From the IMG/VR virus record IMGVR_UViG_2627853969_000002: a DNA stretch of 64,000 nucleotides. One strand, written 5' to 3'. The notes beneath the pieces were generated by a model that saw only the letters and a list, made by a program, of their open reading frames with translations, was not told the DNA's origin and made no database searches. Made by a program: the position numbers and the translations under genes. This document shows positions 37,333-47,100 of this stretch, piece after piece. How positions within the stretch are numbered: position 1 is the first letter of the stretch; every line of letters starts with the position of its first letter. Source of the DNA: an uncultured virus (IMG/VR IMGVR_UViG_2627853969_000002) (lineage: Duplodnaviria; Heunggongvirae; Uroviricota; Caudoviricetes).

Positions 37333-37574
37333 GTGCGGTCCGGCGATGCGCCCGCCGCTTTCAGCGCCACGCTGCCGCTCACCGTGCCCTGCCAGCTCAT
37401 TGCGCCAATGGCGGCACTCAACATCAGGGTTGGCACACTACTTGGCATGGTACGGCTACGAGGCGGGCAGGCGCAGAACTCTTCACTTGCGCAATGTCAC
37501 TGACGTGCTCAGCATGACTAGCTGATCGTCTGCCAATTCTCAGCGCTACGCCAGGACACTACAACAGTCTTGCA

Positions 37575-38747
37575 TCAACAAAACGGCGGCAGCACCAGCA
37601 CGCCAGGCCGGTCCTCGCCGTCCCACGGGAACGTTGCGTGACGAAGCCGAACACCTTGTACGGGCCGATCGCCTCGTAGGCCCTGCTCGGCCAGTGCAAG
37701 CACACCGAATGCACGTGCACGCTGACGTACGATAGAAGGCTTGAGATCTACGCGGAAGCGCTGATTCAAGTCCTGGATATCCTGATTGGTTTGCAGCCAG
37801 TAGTCGCCGTAGCCGCGATAGTCCTGCGTGACCACGTACTTGCTTATATGGTCGTTTCCCATGGAAGAGTGGTGTAACGCATCGGTCAGCGCAGCCAGCT
37901 TGAAGTCTGCGCTTAGGATCCAAGTGTCTACCGGTCGGCCGTCAACACCGGTGTGGTCAGCACTGATCGCCGCATTCAACAGATGCAAGTCAAATGCTCC
38001 ATTCAAAGCGATTCGGTCAAGTTGCGCATAGGTTTCGGGCCAGCGGTCGTCGCGTTTTCGCTCACGGGCAAAGTTCCTGACGATGTTGCCCTGAACAGCT
38101 TTTATCGGGCTATCGTCTGCGGCCGGTGGAGCAAATATGAACCTCGCAATAGTGATTTCCCGGATCGAGACGATGTCTATCATGCGGTGGTAGAGGCGCA
38201 GGAAGTGTCGAAACTTCGCCAGCGGTGTAGCGGACGAAAGATCGCGCCCCACCACAAGGGCAAGTAGTAGCGCACCAAAGGGAAGAGACACGAGCAACTG
38301 TCGATCAATGTCCAGCTTACTAAAACTGCGGTTCGCCTCGACGACACCTAGCTCGACTGGTATCGGATGTCCTGGACGTGCATCGTTCCACCCCAGACCA
38401 AATTGACGACTAAATTTATCTAGTAATGGGATTCCATCTATTGCTTCCCCTCTCTTCATTTCATCCAAGCCGAACATCGGGCTGAAATAGTAGATCAATC
38501 CCCGCCGGCTGCATTCGAGCAGAAAGTCAATTAAGGGACCAAGCCGCGCACGTGCTTTGCGTGTGCGCAGTTGGTCGTCGCGTCCGACTGCATCGATCAT
38601 GTCGATGATGACATTGCTGTCAGGGATCAACTGTGTATCGACGCCTTTCTTATAGTTTTCCAGAATTCTCTCGAACGTCAGTGCAGGTGACTCACCCGGG
38701 AGGCGTTGCGCTTTAATACAAGCAATATCGCCGAATTTATGGGGCAC
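37575..38747 (-). CDS. hypothetical protein with PIN-like acidic motifs
   Basis: LIPDSNVI, NGAFD and ILSADFKL motifs; lower GC than flanks. Confidence 0.7.
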   Translation of the reverse strand: MPHKFGDIACIKAQRLPGESPALTFERILENYKKGVDTQLIPDSNVIIDMIDAVGRDDQLRTRKARARLGPLIDFLLECSRRGLIYYFSPMFGLDEMKRGEAIDGIPLLDKFSRQFGLGWNDARPGHPIPVELGVVEANRSFSKLDIDRQLLVSLPFGALLLALVVGRDLSSATPLAKFRHFLRLYHRMIDIVSIREITIARFIFAPPAADDSPIKAVQGNIVRNFARERKRDDRWPETYAQLDRIALNGAFDLHLLNAAISADHTGVDGRPVDTWILSADFKLAALTDALHHSSMGNDHISKYVVTQDYRGYGDYWLQTNQDIQDLNQRFRVDLKPSIVRQRARAFGVLALAEQGLRGDRPVQGVRLRHATFPWDGEDRPGVLVLPPFC

Positions 38748-38943
38748 GGAATCTTCCTATGGTTTATCAGGGACTAGCATGCCCCGTTCGGGCATACTCA
38801 TTCCAGTAGCCACGTAGCGCGTCTGATGTCCGGATAGCCCAGCGAGCCAATAGTTAGACCTTCAACGCTGAAACTCAGGCCACAGCCATTAGGGATGTCC
38901 ACCGTCGCACCCTCCTGTTCATGCCCAAACCGTATAGAGGAGG

Positions 38944-39690
38944 TCACGCCAGGGGCGTGCCGTAGGCCAGCGTGTCGCTACTCGGGTAATGGCTGACCGG
39001 GTCGAACACCACCAGGCGCTGGCTGCCGTCCGGCTTGGTCACCAGCACCCCGGTGGTGCTGCCATCCACATGGGCGTAGTTGATCGTCAGCACTCCGCCA
39101 TCGGCTTGGGTCTGTTTGACCACCCGGCCCGTCCAGGTGCCATTGGCGCTCTCGAACTCGTTGAACAGCACCCGCTGCTGTTTGCTGTCGGTGATGGACT
39201 CCAAGCGCGCCTGATAGGGCAGTGTGTCGGCGCCTTCGCGGATCCCAGCGGCCTGGCGGATCTTGTAGTGATAACTGCGCGTACTGCCGTCCGGGCGGGT
39301 CACCTGCGACAGGTAGCCGTCGTCGTTGTAGGCATAGGACCAGGTATTGCCCAGCATATCGCTCAGCGTCTTGATGCGGTTGTTGCCGTCGTAGCCGATG
39401 CTCAGCGAACGCCCGGTGGCCGAGACGATGTGGCTGAGCAGGCCGGCATCGTAGGTGTAGTCCACCCGGTTGCCGAAGCGGTCAATGGTCCACATCAGCT
39501 GGTTGGGGGCATAGTTGTAGAAATACATCATGCTGCCGTCGCGCAGCGTCAGCAGGTAGCCGTGGCCGCGCGGCGTGCCCTGGGTGATGGTTGCACCGGC
39601 ATAACCAGAGACCGAGCCGGTCTGTTGCCATTGCCCAGCTATGTATGAACCGTACACACGTGCAAACGTCACCGGCATGCCGCCGGGCAG
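38944..39690 (-). pseudogene. orphan Rhs core fragment
   Basis: Near-identical to about 46505-47245 of the full rhs; no C-terminal toxin. Confidence 0.85.
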
Positions 39691-39727
39691 CACCATGAGA
39701 CTGCCTACCCCAAGGCACCGTCTACAC

Positions 39728-40117
39728 TTATCCGTCTGCGCCAATCACCAACGCAGCATCATGACTTACAACATTTCCGCGATATTGACGATATTCATCG
39801 TATCTATTCGCCAAAATCCATACAGCCACCACCAATATCCAAAAAAGAACCGACTTCAAAAGTGATATTTTCTTTTTCCTTATAATTATCACCACAAGCC
39901 AAATTGCATTTATTAAACCAAATATAGCAAGAAAAGGAAACGCAGTCATTACCCATATAAATGGATCGCCAGGCCCGCCCCCCAGATAAGAACCACCTGC
40001 AGGAGCCCATATTTTCGAGGCGAAATATAGATAAAAAATTAATCCAATGAAATTGATGGCAACTAATATTTTTAACCTGAAATCATCATTTTTCATAGAA
40101 ATTTTTTCCATCATCAT
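39728..40117 (-). CDS. putative Rhs immunity protein 2 (membrane)
   Basis: AT-rich ORF with about 3 TM segments, directly after orphan CT2. Confidence 0.7.
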   Translation of the reverse strand: MMMEKISMKNDDFRLKILVAINFIGLIFYLYFASKIWAPAGGSYLGGGPGDPFIWVMTAFPFLAIFGLINAIWLVVIIIRKKKISLLKSVLFWILVVAVWILANRYDEYRQYRGNVVSHDAALVIGADG

Positions 40118-40127
40118 AAATTACCCT

Positions 40128-40617
40128 TTACTTCCTACAACCGCAGCCAAGATTGTCATTTTTCGCTGCCTGCCATCCGCTACCCCACCAATCACTCTGG
40201 CTCGCGGCGTTCGAATTGGATGATTTAAAAAACGAATACACGCCACCAATCGCATTCATTTCCGACTCAGAGAATCCAGCCCCATACATATATACACCAA
40301 CACCAAAGTTGGCCGCATTGGTATAAGCAGGATAGAAGTTTTTGCCACTTCTTTGATAATCAAATCGCCCACCCTGCCCAACAGAATCATTCATTGCCCA
40401 TGGATTCAATCCATTATCCTTACCTGCCGCTTGCTCTGCACAAAAGTCGGCCGAAGAAGGCGCATAAAATTCCTGCCCACCAGGAGCGGTATATGACACT
40501 GCTCCTGGTGGAACTCCGTGGACAATATTCAGACCCGGCGGAGAACCTCCCGGTTGCATCCCGCATGAAGCAGGATCATACATGCATTGCGTATCATCCA
40601 TACCCAACGGATCAATT
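40128..40617 (-). pseudogene. orphan Rhs C-terminal toxin 2 (Ntox44-like), cut off by IS5
   Basis: Begins IDPLG; FDYQR...YTNAANFGVGVYMYGAG resembles the Ntox44 pattern. Confidence 0.7.
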
Positions 40618-40621
40618 CTAG

Positions 40622-41782
40622 GGAAGTTCTGATCAACGCGGCCGGAAGATGAATCAAGCCACATCGACTAAACTGAGGGCGCTCAAATCCTCGATTTTTC
40701 GCCGTTTCCGGCGTATTTCAGGCGTATTGCCTGGGTGACAGGCACATCTTCCCTGCGGCAGGCATTAACTCTTTGCGCTTGAGCCACAGATTCGACAGTG
40801 CAAATAGCGTCAGCACCTGTGCGGTGTTCTTCGCCAAACCGCGATAGCGCACCTTGACGTAGCCAAACGGACGCTTGATCACCCGAAACGGGTGTTCCAC
40901 CTTTGCACGCAGGCTGGCCTTGGTATGCTCCCAGCGCTTGGCCGACTTCAGTACGCGCTTGTTCTTGATCTGCTTCAGCTTCGAGGGCTTCTCGGCGATC
41001 AGGTAGCGCAACTTGCGCTTGCGCTTCAGCTCTTCGCGCTTCTCAAGCCCGGTATAGCCGCTGTCTCCGCACACCGTGTCTTCCTTGCCGTGCAGCAGCT
41101 TGTGCGCCTGCGTGATGTCCGCTGCGTTGGCCGCCGTGCATTCCACGTGATGCACCAGGCCCGACTCATCGTCCACCCCGATGTGCGCCTTCATCCCGAA
41201 GTAGTACTGGTTGCCCTTCTTGGTCTGGTGCATGTCCGGATCGCGCTCGCCGTCCTTGTTCTTGGTCGAACTGGGTGCCGCAATGATCGTGGCATCCACG
41301 ATCGTCCCGCCTCTCAGGCTCTGCCCCTTGCGCGACAGGTGCGAATTGATCCGGTTGAACAGTTTGCGCGCCAAATCGTGCCGCTCCAGCAAATGGCGGA
41401 AATTGAGAATCGTGGTCTCATCCGGCACCTCATCCAGACCACCGATCTTCGCGAAACGGCGCATCGACACCGTGTCGTACAAGGCTTCTTCCGCTGACGG
41501 ATCGCTCAAGGCATACCACTGCTGCAAAAAGTGGATGCGCAACATCGTTTCCAACGGATACGGCTGACGCCCCGGCTGCCCCGACTTCGGATAATGCGGC
41601 TCGATCAGCGCCAGCAGACCCTTCCACGGCACCACCCGATCCATCTCCGCCAGGAACATCTCGCGCCGCGTCTGCTTGCGCTTGCCGTTGTACTCCGCGT
41701 CGCCGAAGGAAAGTTGCATCGTGATCGTCCCGCTGTCTCTGTGCGATTGCCGCAGGATCAGGGGGAGTTGTTCAGACATTCC
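40622..41782 (-). mobile_element. IS5 family (IS5 subgroup), 1161 bp
   Basis: IRs GGAAGTTCTGATCAAC / GTTGTTCAGACATTCC; CTAG target duplication at 40618-40621 and 41783-41786. Confidence 0.93.
40718..41719 (-). CDS. IS5 transposase
   Basis: PDETTILNFRH, VDATII, GMKAHIGVD, GDSGY, RAKVEHPF. Confidence 0.95.
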   Translation of the reverse strand: MQLSFGDAEYNGKRKQTRREMFLAEMDRVVPWKGLLALIEPHYPKSGQPGRQPYPLETMLRIHFLQQWYALSDPSAEEALYDTVSMRRFAKIGGLDEVPDETTILNFRHLLERHDLARKLFNRINSHLSRKGQSLRGGTIVDATIIAAPSSTKNKDGERDPDMHQTKKGNQYYFGMKAHIGVDDESGLVHHVECTAANAADITQAHKLLHGKEDTVCGDSGYTGLEKREELKRKRKLRYLIAEKPSKLKQIKNKRVLKSAKRWEHTKASLRAKVEHPFRVIKRPFGYVKVRYRGLAKNTAQVLTLFALSNLWLKRKELMPAAGKMCLSPRQYA

Positions 41783-43791
41783 CTAGTCAAGGGATTACCC
41801 CTAACATAGGCGTAACTATTAGGCCCAGCAGCCAATTGCAGCGGATCCTCGCTGATGAACCGCCCCAACTCCGGCGTGTAATACCGCGCACGGTAGTAAT
41901 ACAATCCACTTTGGTCGTGCTCACGACCGGTGTATTGATACGGGTTGCTGTAACTCGTGCTGCTCTGCGTGGTGGCGCCGTAGGGATCGTAGTCGTAGCG
42001 TTGCACCGCGTTGCCATTCGTATCGGTCAATAGCCGCGTGCTGCCGAGCAAGTCAGTCAGGAAGTAGGTGCGTCCGCCGTTATCGTCGCGCGCGTAGCGT
42101 TCGTCGATGCCCGGGCCGGTCAGGATCGGATTGATCTTTGCTCCTTGCGTTTCCTGCACCGCGTCCACGCCGTCGTACAGATATTGCGTGGTCGCGCCAT
42201 TCTCCGTCCTGGCGCTGCGCCGGCCTAGTGCGTCGTAGCTGTAGCTGGCGATGACGGTCCCGCCTTGGCTGATCTGGCTCAGGTGGTCGCGGTCGTCCCA
42301 GGTGTAGGTTCTGCTGCCATCGCTGAGCAGGTGGCCGTCGGCGTCGTAGCTGCGCGCGTTGCCATTGGCCTGGGTCTGCCGGTTGTTGTCGTCGAAGGCA
42401 TTGCTGGTGCTGGCCGGTGGCAGGGCTTGCGGAGCGTGACTGCCGGTCTGTGCGACCAACTGCCCTCGGCTGTCGTAGCCATAACCCAGGCTGCCTAGCG
42501 CCGTTTGTCCGGTTTTGCCCCAAGCGAGGCCCGTCACTTGGTTGGCGTCGTTGTACACGTACACCGTCTGCACCTGGTTCGACAGCGTCTTGCTGCTCAG
42601 CCGGTTGGCGTTGTCGTAGGCGAAGCTCACCGTGTCGCTGCCCTGGCTGATGCCGGTCAGGCGGTTACCGTCATCATAGGCATAGTTCACCGGCGTCTGC
42701 GTGGCCGCCTGCATGCTGGTCCGCCGACCCACGGCGTCGTAGCCGTACACGATGCTGCCCTGCGGGCCGTTGGCCTGGGTCACCTGGTCGAAGCCGTCGT
42801 AGCTCCAACTCAGCGTGCCCGACAGGCTGTCGGACAGCGCCATCAGCCGGTTGCCGGCGTCGTAGCTGGCCGTCAGCGTGCCGCCAGCGCCGGGTAGCGT
42901 GGCACTGCTTGGGCGGCCCAACGCGTCGTAGCTGTAGGTGGTGGTGCGGTTGCGTCGGTCGGTGTGCGTGGCGACACGGTCCATGCTGTCGTAGGTCCAG
43001 CTCTCCGCCTGGCCCAGCGCGTCGGTGCGGCTGATGCGCCGGTCGCGGGCGTCGTAGGCATAGGTCACCCCCGCACCGTTCGGCAGCAGGATCGCTGACA
43101 CATTGCCGTTGGCATCAAAGCCCGTGGCCACGCTGTTGCCCAGCGGATCGACCGCCTTGGTCTGCCGGCCCAGTGCGTCGTATTCGAAGCGCGAGACGTT
43201 GCCTTGCGCGTCCTGCACGCCGATCAATCGGCCTAGCGCGTCGTAGCGCAATTGCGTCTGCCGGCCCAATGCGTCGGTGATCGCGGTCAGGTCGTCGTTG
43301 CTCCAGGCGAAGCTGCTGGTGTGGCCGAGTGGATCGGTCACGCTCAGGCGTTGCCCGGCGCCGTTGCAGGTCGCGGTGCTGGTCTGGCCCAGCGGCGTGG
43401 TCACCGAAGTCAAGCAGCGGTTCGTGTAGCCGAAGCTGGTGGTGCGGCCCAAGGCATCGGTGATCGAGGCCAGATCGCCATCGGCGGTGTAGCTGACCGT
43501 GGTGGCCCGTGCCTGCGCGGTGCCGGCCAGTTGGGTGATCTGGAGCGGGCGTCCGGCGCTGTCGTAGGCGTACTCGGTACGCCGGCCTAGGGCGTCGGTG
43601 CGGGCCGTGGTCTGGCCGCTGGCGGTACGGGTGTAGAGGATGGTCTGCGCCAGGGGCGTGCCGTAGGCCAGCGTGTCGCTGCTCGGGTAGTGACTGACCG
43701 GGTCGAACACCACCCGGCGCTGGCTGCCGTCCGGCTTGGTCACCAGTACCCCCGTGGTGCTGCCATCCACATGCGCGTAGTTGATAGCCAC
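41783..43791 (-). pseudogene. orphan Rhs core (YD repeats) of module 2
   Basis: Near-duplicate of about 44640-46640; ends at YVRGNPLT at the IS junction. Confidence 0.88.
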
Positions 43792-43806
43792 TGCTCTTAT
43801 CGAGCA

Positions 43807-44166
43807 TCATCCAGGAAAAATTCGCCGAGCCATATGCCTGCACAATAGAGCAGTTACAAACATCGACAGCACAATAAACCACGAAGTGTGGAGCAGGTAG
43901 GAAAAATCAGCGGATGAGCGAATAAAAGCCATCAATACACCAAAAGGCACAGGCATCACAGCCAATGTTCCGGCTGGAGCAAGCACTGGCGAAAATATAA
44001 TAACCCCAATAGCCATAAATAAATAACGCCTATGAAAGATAGACCACTTCACTTGACGAATCGCGTGAGAAATGAAATACAAAATCACGCACCCCATAAT
44101 TAATTCAGCAATATAAATTGATAAAAATAAAAATACCATCGCAGTCATATCAAAGTCCCCTTTCAT
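43807..44166 (-). CDS. putative Rhs immunity protein 1 (membrane)
   Basis: AT-rich hydrophobic ORF 15 bp after the rhs stop. Confidence 0.7.
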   Translation of the reverse strand: MKGDFDMTAMVFLFLSIYIAELIMGCVILYFISHAIRQVKWSIFHRRYLFMAIGVIIFSPVLAPAGTLAVMPVPFGVLMAFIRSSADFSYLLHTSWFIVLSMFVTALLCRHMARRIFPG

Positions 44167-44181
44167 GAGAGCACATATTTT

Positions 44182-47100
44182 CTAGTGAATCCCAGAACCA
44201 GGCGGATCAGCATAAGAAGGTAACGATGGAACCCATTTCGCAGCAATATTACTATCCACCCCTCCCCACAAAGGACTCGCCAATAAATTATTTAAAGTTG
44301 AAAATGCCCCTTCTCCTGTGCCAACAGTATCTATATAAATGGCACCACCATCATCCACCACTACGCTCCTAGTCACTTGACCAGGATACAAAAGATGGTC
44401 AGGAAGGGTTGTATTGGTAATCGATAAATCCATCGAATCAACCCCATGTCGAACGTTACCGAGCCCAGGAATATGCGAAACATCTCCTGAATTAATGGCA
44501 CTATCACCGCTAGAGAAAGGTGCAGGATAACAACGAAGTTGGTTAAACACATTTTGCGGAGTACAGCCATGCTGAGACACGTTGCAAATATAGTCGTGAA
44601 CCGTGTAGCTATGAGGCGATAGCCCTAAAGGATCACTATAACCCAGAGGATTCCCACCAACATATGCATAACTATTCACCCCAGCGGCCAATTGCAGCGG
44701 ATCCTCACTGATGAACCGCCCCAACTCCGGCGTGTAATACCGCGCACGGTAGTAATACAACCCGCTCTGGTCGTGCTCGCGCCCGGTGTATTGATACGGG
44801 TTGCTGTAGCTCGTGCTGCTTTGCGTGGTCGCGCCATACGGATCGTAGTCATAGCGTTGCACCGCGTTGCCGTTCGTATCTGTCAATAGCCGCGTGCTAC
44901 CCAACGCGTCGGTCAGGAAGTAGGTGCGTCCGCCGTTATCGTCGCGCGCATAGCGTTCGTCGATGCCCGGGCCGGTCAAGATCGGGTTGATCGTGCTGCC
45001 TTGCGTTTCCTGCACCGCGTCCACGCCGTCGTACAGATATTGCGTGGTCGCGCCATTCTCCGTCCTGGCGCTGCGTCGGCCCAGAGCATCGTAGCTGTAG
45101 CTGGCGATGACGGTCCCGCCTTGGCTGATCTGGCTCAGGTGGTCGCGGTCGTCCCAGGTGTAGGTTCTGCTGCCATCGCTGAGCAGGTGGCCGTCGGCGT
45201 CGTAGCTGCGGGCGCTGCTGTTGGCCTGGGTCTGCCGGTTGTTGTCGTCGAAACTGTTGTTGGTGCTGGCCGGTGGCAGGGCTTGCGGAGCGTGACTGCC
45301 GGTCTGTGCCACCAGTTGCCCTCGGCTGTCGTAGCCGTAGCCCAGGCTGCCCAGCGCCGTTTGTCCCACCTTGCCCCAAGCGAGGCCCGTCACCTGATTG
45401 GCGTCGTTGTACACGTACACCGTCTGTACCTGGTTCGGTAGCGTCTTGCTGCTCAGGCGATTGGCGCTGTCGTAGGCGAAGCTCACCGTGTCGGTGCCTT
45501 GGGCAATGCTGGTCAGGCGGTCGCCAGCATCATAGGCATAGTTCACCGGCGTCTGCGTGGCCGCCTGCATGCTGGTCCGTCGACCTACGCTGTCGTAGCC
45601 GTACACGACGCTGCCCTGCGGGCCGTTGGCCTGGGTCACCTGATCGAAGCCGTCGTAGCTCCAACTCAGCGTGCCGGACAGGCTGTCGGACAGCACCATA
45701 AGCCGGTTGCCGGCGTCGTAGCTGGCCGTCAAGGTGCCGCCTGCGCCGGGCAGCGTGGCGCTGCTCGGGCGACCCAACGCGTCGTAACTGTAGGTGGTGG
45801 TGCGGTTGCGCCGGTCGGTGTGCGTGGCGACACGGTCCATGCTGTCGTAGGTCCAGCTCTCCGCCTGGCCCAGCGCGTCGGTGCGGCTGATGCGCCGGTC
45901 GCGGGCATCGTAGGCATAGGTGACGCCCGCCCCGTTCGGCAGCAGGATCGCCGACACATTGCCGTTGCCATCGAAGCCCGTTGCCACGCTGTTGCCCAGC
46001 GGATCGACTGCCTTGGTCTGCCGGCCCAGCGCGTCGTATTCGAAGCGGGAGATGTTGCCTTGTGCGTCCTGCGTTGCGATCAAGCGGCCCAGCGCGTCGT
46101 AGCGTAATTGCGTCTGCCGGCCCAGCGCGTCGGTGATCGCGGTCAGGTCGTCGTTGCTCCAGGTGAAGCTGCTGGTGTGGCCCAGTGGGTCGGTCACGCT
46201 CAGGCGCTGTCCGGCACCGTTGCAGGTGGCGGTGCTGGTCTGGCCCAGCGGCGTGGTCACCGAGGTCAGGCAGCGGTTCGTGTAACCGAAGCTGGTGGTG
46301 CGGCCCAAGGCGTCGGTGATTGCGGCCAGGTCGCCATCGGCGGTATAGGCGAGCGTGGTGGTCCGTGCCTGCGCGGTGCCCGCCAATTGCGTGATCTGGA
46401 GCGGGCGTCCGGCGCTGTCGTAGGCGTATTCGGTACGCCGGCCCAGCGCATCGGTGCGCGCGGTGGTCTGGCCGCTGGCCGTGCGGGTGTAGAGGATGGT
46501 CTGCGCCAGGGGCGTGCCGTAGGCCAGCGTGTCGCTGCTCGGGTAGTGGCTGACCGGGTCGAACACCACCCGGCGCTGGCTGCCGTCCGGCTTGGTCACC
46601 AGCACCCCGGTGGTGTTGCCATCCACATGCGCGTAGTTGATCGTCAGCACCCCGCCGTCGACTTGGGTCTGTTTGACTACCCGGCCCGTCCAGGTGCCGT
46701 TGGCGTTCTCGAACTCGTTGAACACCACGCGCTGCTGTTTGCTGTCGGTGATGGACTCCAACCGCGCCTGATAGGGCAGCGTGTCGGCACCTTCGCGGAT
46801 CCCAGCGGCCTGGCGGATCTTGTAGTGATAACTGCGCGTGCTGCCGTCCGGGCGGGTCACCTGCGACAGGTAGCCGTCGTCGTTGTAGGCGTAGGACCAG
46901 GTGTTGCCCAGCGGGTCGCTCAGCGTGGTAATGCGGTTGTTGCCGTCGTAGCCGATGCTCAGCGAACGCCCGGTGGCCGAGACGATGTGGCTGAGCAGGC
47001 CGGCATCGTAGGTATAGTCCACCCGGTTGCCGAAGTGGTCCAGGCTCCACTCCAGCCGATTGGGCGAATACTGGTTGAAATACATCATGCTGCCGTCGCG

